Assembly (NCBI GenBank): GCA_963758525.1
Contig: CAVWVQ010000003.1
Span: 3,424,001-3,488,000 of the forward strand
Direction: 5' to 3'
Length of the DNA stretch: 64,000 nt
From: an uncultured Phycisphaerales bacterium
Lineage (GTDB): Bacteria > Planctomycetota > Phycisphaerae > Tepidisphaerales > Tepidisphaeraceae
Part shown: one piece after another, positions 11,263 to 22,380 of the stretch
How positions within the stretch are numbered: the stretch's first letter is position 1
Layout of the letters: the number at the start of each line of letters is the position of its first letter
Notes under the pieces: generated by a model
Databases searched by the model: none
Told to the model about the DNA's origin: nothing
The model's input: the letters and a program-made list of their open reading frames with translations, nothing else
Program-made: the position numbers and the translations under genes

Positions 11263-12575
11263 CTACACTTTGTCGTTAATCACCTTCGTCACCCCCGGCG
11301 TCGGAATCGGGTATTTCCCGTCCTTATCCGGCATCGTCGGAGGATCGGCGTGGAAGTCGAAGTTGGTCGGCATCACGCTAATCGTGCTGTTCAGCGCATC
11401 TTCCCACTTGATCTCGTGGCCCGAATACGTCGCCATCCGGCCCATCAGCGCGGTCATCGTGCTGTGAGCGCCGCGCTCGGCTTCGTTGTATTCCTTATTG
11501 TTGCGGATCGCGTCGAAGAGATCGTTGTGCTCCACCTGGTATGGGTCGATACGATCGCCCTTCCAGCGCCACTTCACTCCGTCGGTGCCGTCGATCTCCC
11601 CGCCGCCCACGTTGGCGTAAGTGCCGGGGCCGTGCGCGTGCTCTGATACATTGTTCCAGCAGTTTGGCATGTGCCGGCATTGGCTCAAACACGTCATGCC
11701 GTCGGGATAGGTGAATTCCACGAAGTGATGATCGTAGATTTCCCCGCTGTCCTTGCCGACATGCACCTGGCGTCCGCCCTGGCCCTGTGCCTTGGCGGGC
11801 GGACCGCCCTTGACCCAGTTGGCAACGTCGAGGTTGTGGATGTGCTGTTCGTTGATGTGATCCCCGCACAGCCAGAGGAAGTAGTACCAGTTGCGCATCT
11901 GGTACTCCATCTCGGTCTGATCGGGTTTGCGCGGCGCACCCACGGGCGGTCGCCATTCCAGTAGACGCGCATCAGCTCCAGCTTGCCCATCTGCCCGTCC
12001 TGAATGCGCTTGACAGTTTCGATGTACTTCGCGTCATGGTGCCGTTGCAGTCCGACGCCGACTTTCAGGTTCTTCTTCTTGGCTTCCTCCGCGGCGGCCA
12101 GCACCTTGCGGATGCCCGGCGCGTCGGTCGACACCGGCTTTTCCATGAAGATGTTCTTGCCGGCCGCGACCGCCGCCTCAAAATGGATCGGCCGAAAACC
12201 GGGCGGCGTCGCCAGGATCACCATGTCGGCTTCTGTTGCCAGCGCCTTTTGATACGCGTCGAACCCGGAGAAGATGTGATCGTCCTTCACGTCTACCAGC
12301 CCCGGATGAGCGTTCTTCAAATTTTCCAGGGACCGCTTGGCGTTGTCCTCAAACGCGTCGGCAACCGCGATCAGCTTAACGGGGCCGCTGGTGCTCAGCG
12401 CCTGCCCGGTGGCTCCGCTTCCGCGTCCGCCGCAGCCGATCAACGCGATCTTGACCGTATCATCCCCGGCGGCATAAACGGAACTGGAGAGCAAGCTTCC
12501 CGCGATCGTCGAGGCGGCCACGATTCCCGCGGAACTCTTGAGAAAATCACGTCGCGACTGATTCAACTGAGGCAT
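11263..12575 (-). CDS. Tat-exported Gfo/Idh/MocA oxidoreductase (frameshift ~11940)
   Basis: SRRDFLK Tat motif; LIGCGGRGSGA; ATPPGFRP; EKP; EQHIHNLD. Confidence 0.9.
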
Positions 12576-12692
12576 GATACTCCTGGGGTTGGTGTTCCTA
12601 TGAGCTTGCTCGATGACTCGCTCGATTTCCGTCTACGTTTAGTTTAGCAGCCGCCCAGAGGGCGGCGCGTTCCCGCACTCGCGTGCGCAAAC

Positions 12693-13805
12693 TCATTTTC
12701 CCGGAACCAGCGCCGGCGGTTGCAGCAACTCGCGAATCTCGCGGTCGCGCTGAGTCGTCCGGATCGTCGTCTCGTCATCGGCATTCCAATATTTGTTCTT
12801 CTCGTCCTCCGAAGGCTCCTTGAGCGGAGCCACCACGCGAAATCCGATCCAGAAGCCGTCGCTGAGCCAGTGCGGACTCTGCGGCAACTGCGGGTCCTTC
12901 ACGTTCATCGACTTGTCGGAAACGATTCGCGCCGCCGACCGGCAGTCTGCCGCTTCCGAATTCCAGCTTCCGCCGCGGAGGATGCGTCCATACTGCTTGG
13001 TGGGCCAGTCGATCACGTCGTGCCAGGTCGGAGTCTTCCCGGCAAACTCCTGATAATGCGTCGCGGAATATCCGTCGATGCACCACTGCGCGACATTGCC
13101 GTGCATGTCGTACAGTCCCCACGGATTGGGCTTTTTCTGCCCGACCGGGTGATATCCACCATCGCCGTCGGCCAGCGCCGAGTTGTCAAAATACCAGCCG
13201 TAATCCTTGAGCTGCGCCGGATCGTCACCGAAGCTGTAGGCGGTGGTCGTGCCGGCCCGGCAGGCGTATTCCCACTCGGCCTCGGTCGGCAGCCGGTAGA
13301 AGCGCCCCGTTTTCTTGCTCAGCCATTTCGTGTATTGCCGCGCCGCAAACTGCGACATGATCACCGCCGGAAAGCTTCCGCCCCGTCCCATGCGGTCGAA
13401 GACCGGCCCGGCTTCCAGCTCGTACATCGGCGTCGGATACGTGACCGCGTCAGCCATCTTGTCGGCCGGAATCACCGGCGCGCCCGCCGCCGCCAGCCGC
13501 TGATAGTTCGACAGGAACAGGTTGTATTCCGACTGCGTGACCGTGTACTTCCCCATGTAAAAGGCATCCACCTGCACGGGGAACTGCGGGCCTTCGTCCT
13601 TCTTTCTTCCCTTCTCCGAATCGGGGCTCCCCATCGTGAACGTGCCAGCGGGAATCGGCACCACGTCGAACTTCACGTCCGAGCCGGGAATCGCTTCAGT
13701 GAAAGGTTTGGCATCCCCCGCGCCGCTTTCCGCAAAAGCGGGCGACCCCGCCAACATCAAAACGAGCAGACCACAAGCTACAATCAGCGAACTTAAAACC
13801 CTCAT
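12693..13805 (-). CDS. Formylglycine-generating-enzyme (SUMF1/PvdO) domain protein, secreted
   Basis: FTMGSP, RLPTEAEWEYACRAG, NPWGLYDMHGNVAQW, RGGSW, GFRVV. Confidence 0.9.
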   Translation of the reverse strand: MRVLSSLIVACGLLVLMLAGSPAFAESGAGDAKPFTEAIPGSDVKFDVVPIPAGTFTMGSPDSEKGRKKDEGPQFPVQVDAFYMGKYTVTQSEYNLFLSNYQRLAAAGAPVIPADKMADAVTYPTPMYELEAGPVFDRMGRGGSFPAVIMSQFAARQYTKWLSKKTGRFYRLPTEAEWEYACRAGTTTAYSFGDDPAQLKDYGWYFDNSALADGDGGYHPVGQKKPNPWGLYDMHGNVAQWCIDGYSATHYQEFAGKTPTWHDVIDWPTKQYGRILRGGSWNSEAADCRSAARIVSDKSMNVKDPQLPQSPHWLSDGFWIGFRVVAPLKEPSEDEKNKYWNADDETTIRTTQRDREIRELLQPPALVPGK

Positions 13806-14091
13806 CGCGTCTGCTCCTCGTCCACGTGTCCCCTGTACGGCACCGTCGCCTTAGATATCCTAGCCGAACGCACAATGTTGAAGCAAAGAAATGTATTGGC
13901 AAAGAGGCACGGAGGCACCGAGGCACCCGCCGCGGCGGGTAAACTGGGGCACGAAGGGGGAGAGCAGGGGGAGGCGAACCTGCGCACGCACACACCGCCC
14001 TGGTGCCCTCGCGGCGCTGCTCTGTTTTGCCAGAAACCTCGTTGCTGCGGTGTGCCTTTGACGGCTCCGCCAGGAGGCCTCCGTGAACTCT

Positions 14092-14207
14092 CCCCGTGGC
14101 ATGGGCGTCCCGCGCGTCCCGCCCGTGCGGACTGCGGAAGAGTTTCGGAAGACGTTGTCTGCAAATATCCACGCAATCAGCACGGGCGGGACGCCCATGC
14201 CACGGGG
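14092..14207. repeat. REP doublet (GTGGCATGGGCGTCCCGC family)
   Basis: CCCCGTGGCATGGGCGTCCCG...CGGGACGCCCATGCCACGGGG. Confidence 0.75.
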
Positions 14208-14228
14208 CCACGATTCGCAGCGGCGCGA

Positions 14229-15251
14229 ATTGCGTGCATCCTGACCGGTGTGTTCGCACTGGGGTGTGCGGCGCACCTCCAAAAATTCGACTACGTTCGC
14301 CCGAAAATGGGCACCGGCTTCCACATGGAGCTTTATGCCCCCGATGCGCCCTCCGCCGAATCGGCCGCGGAGGCGGCATTCGCGCGGATCGATCGGCTCA
14401 ATGCGGAGTTCAGTGATTACGACGATCACAGCGAGCTGAGTCTCCTTTCGCAGAAGACCAACGACGGTCCCATGACCCAGCCGGTGAAAGTGAGCGACGA
14501 TCTTTGGCGCGTGCTGACGAAATCGAAAGAGATCTCCGAGCTCTCCGATGGCGCGTTTGATGTGACGGTCGGTCCCTTCGTCCGCCTCTGGCGAAGGTCG
14601 CGCGCCCTGCAACAACTTCCAACAACGCAGCGCCTTGCCGATGCTCGAGCATCGGTTGGCTACCGCCTCCTGCTGCTCTACCCCGCCACGCGATCGGTGC
14701 AGCTCATGGCAGCGCACATGCGCCTCGATCTTGGCGGCATCGCCAAAGGGTTCGCGGCCGAGGAAGCGCTGCACGTACTCGCGCAGCATGGCATCTCGCG
14801 CGCGCTTGTCGGCGCCGCCGGTGATATTGCTGTCGGCGATCCGCCTCCCGGCAAGCAAGGCTGGGTCATCGGGTTTGAAAACCCCGGCACCTCCAAAGGA
14901 ACCAACGGCATCTACGTCCAACTCCGCAATCTGCGTGTCTCCACTTCCGGCGACACCTATCGCTTCGTCGAAATCGAAGGCAAGCGGTACTCGCACATCA
15001 TCGATCCCACCACCGGCCTCGGGCAGACCCGCCGCATCGAAGCGTCGGTGATTTCCAGTGATGGGATGACCGCCGACACGCTGGCGCTGGTCGTTTGCGT
15101 CCTGGGGCCGCGGAAGGGGCTGGCGCTGATCGACCGTCTCCCCGGAACCGCCGCGATCGTGACAACGTATGATGCGGGAACGCCGACGGTGTATCGTTCC
15201 CGGCTGTTCTCGAAATACGAAGTGCTCAACACCGCGCCGGATGCGCAGTAA
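14229..15251 (+). CDS. apbE: FAD:protein FMN transferase ApbE lipoprotein (start uncertain)
   Basis: LGC lipobox; MGT; GAFDVTVGP; LDLGGIAKG; STSGD; YSHIIDP; ADTLA. Confidence 0.9.
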   Translation: MACILTGVFALGCAAHLQKFDYVRPKMGTGFHMELYAPDAPSAESAAEAAFARIDRLNAEFSDYDDHSELSLLSQKTNDGPMTQPVKVSDDLWRVLTKSKEISELSDGAFDVTVGPFVRLWRRSRALQQLPTTQRLADARASVGYRLLLLYPATRSVQLMAAHMRLDLGGIAKGFAAEEALHVLAQHGISRALVGAAGDIAVGDPPPGKQGWVIGFENPGTSKGTNGIYVQLRNLRVSTSGDTYRFVEIEGKRYSHIIDPTTGLGQTRRIEASVISSDGMTADTLALVVCVLGPRKGLALIDRLPGTAAIVTTYDAGTPTVYRSRLFSKYEVLNTAPDAQ

Positions 15252-15427
15252 TCAAATGGACGGGGTGAGGAGGCGGTTTCAAATTTCCAAACGAAACGCG
15301 AGCCCGCGCTCCGCTGCGCGTCGCGGCTAACCGTGGAAGGAAGTCGGAGCACGACGTATCCTTAGATGTCGTGGTATCTCCTTTAGAGTATTGAACGAAC
15401 CGCACAATCCAACAGGAAAAGTTTCCC

Positions 15428-16729
15428 ATGCCGCAATCCACGACCGACCGCGCGTCCATACCAACCCGCCGCCAATTCATCGCCAAATCCGGCGCCGCCG
15501 TCGCGGCGGCGGCCGTCGCCAGCTCGGCAATTCAATCCGCCGTCTATGCTGGCTCAACGGACACGATCAAGATCGGACTGGTCGGCTGCGGCGGGCGCGG
15601 AACCGGGGCCGCTGCCAACGCGCTGGGGGCCGATCCCAACATCAAGCTCGTGGCGCTGGGCGACATGTTCAAGGATCAGTTCGATATCGCGCTGGGAAGC
15701 CTGATGCAGACGCCCGTCGCGTCGCAGGTGGCGGTCACCGACGATCACAAGTACGTCGGCTGGGACGCGTACAAGGGCGTGATCGAAGCAAGCGACGTCA
15801 TCCTGCTCGCCACGCCGCCCCATTTCCGTCCGGTGCATGTCAACGCCGTCATCGCGGCCGGCAAGCATTGCTTCTGCGAAAAGCCTGTCGGCGTCGACGC
15901 GCTGAGCGTGCAATCGGTCATGGAGGCCGTGAAGGTCGCGAAGGACAAAAATCTCAATCTCGTCTCCGGGCTCTGCTACCGCTACGACGCGGCTAAGCAG
16001 GAATGCATCAAGCGCATTCACGACGGCGCGGTCGGGCAGATCAGAACGCTGCAAGCCAACTATCTGACGACCGGCTTGTGGTACAAGCCGCGCAAGCCGG
16101 AGTGGACCGACTTCGAATGGCAACTGCGCGACTGGCTCTACTTCTACTGGCTCAGCGGCGACCAGGTCGTCGAACAGCACATTCACAGCCTCGATAAGGC
16201 GCTGTGGATCATGCAGGACGTGCCGCCCAAGAAAGTCATCGCCAGCGGCGGTCGCGCCTGCCGGACGCAGCCGCAATACGGGAACGTCTACGATCACTTC
16301 AACTCCATTTTCGAATGGGAAAATGGCGTGAAGTGCTATTCCGGCTGCCGCCAGTGGTCGGGACCGGAGCAGATTGCCCTGGAAGTCAGCGACTGGGTCT
16401 ATGGCACCGACGGCATCGCCAACGTTCAGCAGCAGCGCATCACCGGCAAGAATCCCTTCCGCAAGCCCGACTCACACATCAACATGTATGACGCCGAGCA
16501 CCAGGCGCTCTTCTCTGCCATCCGATCCGGCAACACGATCAACAACGGCGACTACATGTGCAAATCCACCCTCATGGGAATCATGGCCCGCCAAAGCGCC
16601 TACACCGGGAAGATGGTGACTTGGGACCAGGTGATGAGTTCCAAAGAAGATTTGCGTCCCGCCAAGTACGAGTTCGGCCCATTTGAAGTCCCGCCGATCG
16701 CGGTGCCGGGCATCACGAAGTGGGTGTGA
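15428..16729 (+). CDS. Tat-exported Gfo/Idh/MocA oxidoreductase
   Basis: TRRQFI Tat motif; GLVGCGGRGTGA; ATPPHFRP; CEKP; EQHIHSLD. Confidence 0.92.
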   Translation: MPQSTTDRASIPTRRQFIAKSGAAVAAAAVASSAIQSAVYAGSTDTIKIGLVGCGGRGTGAAANALGADPNIKLVALGDMFKDQFDIALGSLMQTPVASQVAVTDDHKYVGWDAYKGVIEASDVILLATPPHFRPVHVNAVIAAGKHCFCEKPVGVDALSVQSVMEAVKVAKDKNLNLVSGLCYRYDAAKQECIKRIHDGAVGQIRTLQANYLTTGLWYKPRKPEWTDFEWQLRDWLYFYWLSGDQVVEQHIHSLDKALWIMQDVPPKKVIASGGRACRTQPQYGNVYDHFNSIFEWENGVKCYSGCRQWSGPEQIALEVSDWVYGTDGIANVQQQRITGKNPFRKPDSHINMYDAEHQALFSAIRSGNTINNGDYMCKSTLMGIMARQSAYTGKMVTWDQVMSSKEDLRPAKYEFGPFEVPPIAVPGITKWV

Positions 16730-16833
16730 ATTGCCGCCGGGGCGGCAATGAAGCGGAGAGGGTAGAAAGTCGAAAGTAGAGCAAGCAATCCGCCCGCAGC
16801 CACTCATTCCGGGCTGGCCCGGGCGTCCGCCCC

Positions 16834-16911
16834 GACTACGTCAGCAGCACCTCGAACATCATCAATCAGACGGTCACGCCCTGACGAAGGGGTCGACACC
16901 TGCACATCATC
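16834..16911 (+). pseudogene. Remnant 3' end of a paralogous Ig-domain gene
   Basis: Encodes DYVSSTSNIINQTVTP*; 28 bp identical to 20786-20813. Confidence 0.7.
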
Positions 16912-17038
16912 TCCTCGCGCGGCCGGCGCTCCCGAATCGGGCACACCCCGCAGGTATCGCTCTTTAAATGAGGCGAAAGGGCGGACAAATGTCGAAAAAT
17001 CACTCCCTTGGGCAATTTGCATCGGCGGATGCTGAGAT

Positions 17039-20000
17039 TTGATCGGAACTGTCGGTCTGCGCCCGTGGACGGACCTCGCGACGGTTTCAAAGCAGCAACG
17101 AAGGAGCACTCCTCTGACGCAAACCCTTCGACATCGAAAACGCCCGCGAACGGGGCGCGTTCACCTGATGGAAGCGCTGGAAAGCCGAACGCTGTTCGCC
17201 TTCGGCCTGACGACCACCAGCTCGAGCTACACCGTCGACACGGGCGCGGGACTTGTCTTCAGCGTCCTGCGCGGCGGATCCACCAGCAGCACCGTTCACC
17301 TCGGCGATCTGACCAGCGCCGTCTATAACGGCACCCAAACCCTCGCGTCCTACTCCCAGTCGAGCCGGTATTCGCATTACGAGGAAGGGCTCAGCTCCGC
17401 CACCGTCATCACCGCGACCGTCGATCCGAATAATCAATGGATTCTCATCTCCTGCGACGACACCGCCGGCAGCGGCGCCGGTGTCATCCAGTATTACCTC
17501 GCGCGCAACGGCTACAACAACATTTACATGGCGACGTATTCGCCGGGACCGAGCGCCTCCTTCGCCGGGGGAAATGCGGTTCATCACCTACACCAACCCC
17601 TCCGTCCTTACCGATATCCCCGCTTCCTCAAATAACAACGGCTCGACCGGCGCCATCGAAAGCCAGGACGTCTTTGGCCACCCCGATGGCACCACCACCT
17701 CCAAATATTACGGCGAATATCGCGCCATCGACACCCAAACCTACGGTGACACCGGCAGCGGGCCTGGCGTGTTCATGAACATCGGCAACCGCGAAACCAG
17801 CAGCGGCGGGCCCTTCTTCAAGGACATCGATTTCCAGAATAATGAGCTATACAACTACACCTTCTCGGGCCACTCGCAGACGGAGAATTTCCGACCGGGT
17901 CTCAAAGGTTTCTATGCGTTGGAATTCACCACCGGCGCCACGCCGGCAGCACCCGATTACAGCTTCATCGACACCCTCGGCATCGGCAGCGACATCGCCG
18001 GCTACGTCGGCAGTTCCGGGCGCGGCACGCTCGCCGGCATCGCAAGCGGAGTGCCCGCCACACTCCAGGAGACCGTCGGCCTGAGCAACGCGGCCGACCA
18101 ATATTGGGCAACCCCCAGCGCCAATACCGGCGCGTACGTCATCGCCGGCATCCTTCCCGGCACGTACACCGAGACAGTCTACCAGGGCGAACTGGCCGTT
18201 GGCACGCGGATGGTCACGATCACCGCCGGGCAAACCACCGCCGCCAACATCACCGACACGCTGTACGCGCCCAGCGCCGCCAGCACGATCTTCCGCATCG
18301 GCACGTCGGACGGCACGCCGCTGGGCTTCCTCAACGCCGACAAGATCACAAACATGCATCCCACCGACGTTCGCATGTCCCCATGGGCGGATTCGACGGG
18401 CATGACCAACTTCACCGTCGGCGCCGATTCCGACAGCAGTTGGCCCATGGCGGAATGGCACGCGGGGGCTTCCGCCGCGCCGTATGTCGATACCGCGAAC
18501 CAAATCACGTTCTCCTTGACGGCCGCGCAGGCGGCGACCGCGCAGACGCTGCAGATCGGTCTCACACGCCTCAGTAGCGGCAGGCCCACCATCGACGTCA
18601 ACAGCGGCGCCTGGAATTCGCCGGTTCCCGCGCTAACCACACAGCCCAGCTCCCGGGGTCTGACCACCGGCAACTGGCGCGGCAACAACTGCGTCTACAC
18701 GTTCAACATTCCGACCAATGCATTGAAAGCCGGAACCAACACGATCGACATCTACTGCACCAGCGGATCCACCGGCACCCTCTATTCGGGATACCAGATC
18801 TACGATGCCGTCGATCTGGTCAATACCAGCAGCATCGCGAATGCGCCCGTCCTCAGCCGCATCGCCGTGAGCCCGGCGAGCCCGAGCGTGCCGCTGAATG
18901 GCACGCAGGCTTTCGCCGCCGCCGCGTTCGATCAGTTCAACAATCCGATGCCCGCCAACGTCACCTGGTCGGCGAGCAGCGGCACCATCGATGGAACCGG
19001 TCTGTACGCCGCCGGCGGAACCGCGGGCACGGCGACAATCGCCGCCGCCAGCGGCAGCGTCAGCGGTGACGCGACCTTGACCATCGTGAACACCGCTCCC
19101 ACGATAGCGACCGCCGCCACCGCCTCACCCAACTATGGCAGCGGCGCCACCGCGAACCTGTCCGTCCTGGGCGCCGACGATGGCGGCGAAGCCAACCTCA
19201 CTTACACGTGGACCGCCGATCCCTCCAACCCGGCGCCATCGTCGATCTCCTTTGCTTCCGGTGTGAGCAATGGCGCCAATGCCGCTAAGAACGCCGCCGC
19301 CACGTTTGACGCGGTCGGAACGTACGGGTTTCAGGTGACGATCGCCGACGGCTCGGGCCTGAGCGTCACCAGCACCGTTTCAGTCACGGTGATGCCGACG
19401 CTCATCTCACTGCACGTCGCTCCATCCAGCCCCACGGTTGGTCCCCACGGCACCGATCAATTCACCGCCGACGGCGTCGATCAATTTGGCAATCCGCTGG
19501 CGATTTCCGGCGCTGTCTGGAGTCTGATCGGTCAACCGAGCGGCGCATCCGCCGGCGTTGACAGCAACGGCGTTCTCTCGATCGGAACCGTCGAGGGAAA
19601 TTACACGGTTCAAGCATCGCTCAATGGCTTGGTCAACTTCGCAACCGTCAACACCACCCCGGCGGTGAATGCCTCCATCACGCTCTCTCCCGGGAGCGTC
19701 ACGCTCAACGCCGGCGCCATGCAGCAGTTTTCCACAACGGTCTACGATCAGTTTGGCAGCACCGTCGCATCGCCGACGATAACTTGGAGCGTAACTGGAG
19801 CCGGGAACGTGATCGGTGCAACCGGCCTGCTCACCGCCGGCGCGACGGCCGGAACGTTCGTCGTCACCGCCGCCGCGGGAAGCGTCGCGACGACCGCGAG
19901 TCTCATCGTCAACAAAACCATCCCTTCGTTGACGCTCACCAAGAACACAACCGCTCCCATCAAGTTCGGGCAGAGCGTCACGCTCACCGCGACCATGGCG

Positions 20001-20804
20001 GCCGTGAGTCCCGGCCCCGGCGTTCCGACCGGCACGATCACATTCAAGGACGGATCGATCACACTCGGAGCGGCCACGCTCAGGGGTGGAATCGCGACCT
20101 TGACAACCACCACAATCCCCGCGGGAATCAACTCGATCACCGCCGTCTACGGCGGAGACGCAAACTTCTCCGCCATCACCTCCGCCGCGCTCATTCAGAC
20201 GGTCAACCCGTCGGCGACCACCACAAAGCTCACCAAGAACACCACCACCGCCATCAAGTTCGGGCAGAGCGTTACATTCACCGCCACCATGGCCGCCGTG
20301 AGTCCCGGCGGAGGCGTCCCCACCGGCGTCGTCGCGTTCAAGGACGGCTCAACCGTACTGGGAACCGCAACTATCAGCGGCGGCGTCGCCACCTTCACCT
20401 CATCTGCTCTTCCCGTCGGCAGTAACTCGATTACCGCCGTCTGCAGCGGCGACGGCAACTTCACCGCCAGCACTTCCGCCGCGCTCGCTCAGACGGTCAA
20501 CCCGGCGGCGACCACGACGAAGCTGGCCAAGAGCACCACCACCGCCATCAAGTTCGGCAAGAGCGTTACATTCACCGCCACCCTGGCCGTGATAAGCCCC
20601 GGCGGCGGCATCCCGATCGGCGCAGTGATCTTCATGGACAACGGCACTCAGATCGGCACCGGCACGCTCAACGCCGCCGGCGTTGCGACGTTCACAATCA
20701 CAATGCTTCCCATCGGCAGCGAATCGATCACCGCCGTCTGGAGCGGCAACCTGGATTACGCGAGCAGTGTCTCCAACATTGTCCGTCAGACGGTCACGCC
20801 CTGA
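17039..20804 (+). CDS. Rhamnogalacturonan lyase (PL4, RhgB-like) with Ig-like repeats; frameshift ~17560
   Basis: EALESRTLFA (LEPRxLL-type motif); FGLTTTSSSYTVDTG; RETSSGGPFFKDI; SGHSQTENFRPGL; MHPTDVRM; three C-terminal Big_3-like repeats. Confidence 0.85.
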
Positions 20805-20864
20805 CGAAGGGGTAACACCCGCACATCATCCTCGAAGCGCTTCCCGCATCACGCTGTGCCCCGC

Positions 20865-22217
20865 TCATTTTGTTCGCTCCGGCGAATGAAAAATGTGCCA
20901 GTCCGATCCCGGAGCGCTCGCCAGAAACGGGGCCGCCTCGGCATCCTCTTCCCAACCGGCGCGGCGCACTTCCTCCAGGGTGACTGCTCGATCGGAGTTT
21001 GCGTTCTTGGGACCATAGAGTGGATCCCAGATCAAAAGCGTCTCCGGCGGCGGGTGAAAGATCGTCGTCCGCGTCCAATCCTGCATCGACTTTCCACTGG
21101 GGCTCACGTCCAACGCATAGAAAAAACCCATGTGCGAGCAGAGCAGATAAGGGTAGCGCCGACGCGCATCGCTCTGCGAATACCACCGCGCGACGCGATC
21201 AGCCATCACCCAACTCGGCGGCGGACGCAAGGGAACGATCGGATGAAACGCGTTCAGCACCAGCGGCGCCAGCGCCGCAATTGCAGCCCAGCGAACTGGG
21301 ACCGGCCAGCCGAGCCGGTCAAAACACCACTGCCAGCCCCGACCCGAGAGAACTCCCCAGAACGGCGCCGCGATCAGCAGATATCGCGCTTCGCCGTAGC
21401 TCCCAAGTTTTCCTGTGGCATACAGAATCGTGTGTACCGAGAGCACAAACAGCGGAACCGCGGCCGTCACAACGCGAAGCCGCGTTCTCTCCGCGGCGCT
21501 GCGCCAAATTCCCAGCAGCGTCGCCGGCAGAATCAATGGTGAGACAACGATGGGAAGCTCCGCGACAAACGTCAGCGGATCGCCCGGGAAATACATGCTG
21601 TGCGTCGACCAGGGCCATTGCTTGATCAACCAATGCCACCACGGCCCCTGACGATAGTCGATGATCCACCCCGCGATATCCCATGTCAGCAGCGGCAGCG
21701 GCAAAATCGCCAGCCAGCGCCATTGCCGCCGCCAGATCAGCGCAGCCGCGATGATGAGGATAAATCCGAATCCTTCGGGCCGCGTGAGCGGCATCAACGC
21801 CGCGAGCAGCGCGACCAGGCCCCATCGTTCGGTTAGAAATGCGAGAAACGCGCCCCCGAGCAGCAGCGCGAAGGGCAGTTCCGTCATCGCGCTGAGCGAG
21901 TGAATAAATAACATCGGCTGCGCCAGCGTGAAGATCATCGCCAGGGCCGGCAGCCGATCGCCTTGATGGCGGGCGATGCGATAGCTGACGATGCCGCAGC
22001 CGATGGCCACCAGCGCGCTGGTGGCGCAGTCCCCAAACTTTCCGCCCAGGACCGCCGGCACCGCATAGAGCGCCGTGCAGACTGGCCGGCCCCACATGTC
22101 CACGAAATTGCCGGGAATTTGAAAGGCAAACCGCGCGCACAGATAGTGCGTGCATCCGTCCGCCTCTGGAAAGCCCCGCGAGTAGATCGCCGCCGGGAGC
22201 CACAACAACAGAAACAC
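20865..22217 (-). CDS. Polytopic membrane protein, GT-C-like
   Basis: EADGCTHY, WGRP, TELPF, LTRPEG, EARYLL motifs with many TM segments. Confidence 0.65.
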   Translation of the reverse strand: MFLLLWLPAAIYSRGFPEADGCTHYLCARFAFQIPGNFVDMWGRPVCTALYAVPAVLGGKFGDCATSALVAIGCGIVSYRIARHQGDRLPALAMIFTLAQPMLFIHSLSAMTELPFALLLGGAFLAFLTERWGLVALLAALMPLTRPEGFGFILIIAAALIWRRQWRWLAILPLPLLTWDIAGWIIDYRQGPWWHWLIKQWPWSTHSMYFPGDPLTFVAELPIVVSPLILPATLLGIWRSAAERTRLRVVTAAVPLFVLSVHTILYATGKLGSYGEARYLLIAAPFWGVLSGRGWQWCFDRLGWPVPVRWAAIAALAPLVLNAFHPIVPLRPPPSWVMADRVARWYSQSDARRRYPYLLCSHMGFFYALDVSPSGKSMQDWTRTTIFHPPPETLLIWDPLYGPKNANSDRAVTLEEVRRAGWEEDAEAAPFLASAPGSDWHIFHSPERTK

Positions 22218-22380
22218 CGCGATCGCAATCGCCGCGATCTTCCAGTCGCGCAGACCTTCCCCCGCGGCACGGGCAGCCTGCCCGTGCGAGGTGCGTCTTG
22301 CTCAAGAGTGCCGCTGATACCCAATCTTCCTTCCATCCCTTGCGCCCAAGTCCGGCGCGGCGGGCATACCGAGAGCCAGC

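Noticed and set aside
13875..14228. Long N-terminal extension of ApbE
   Set aside because: It is read-through of intergenic and REP sequence; the lipobox lies downstream.
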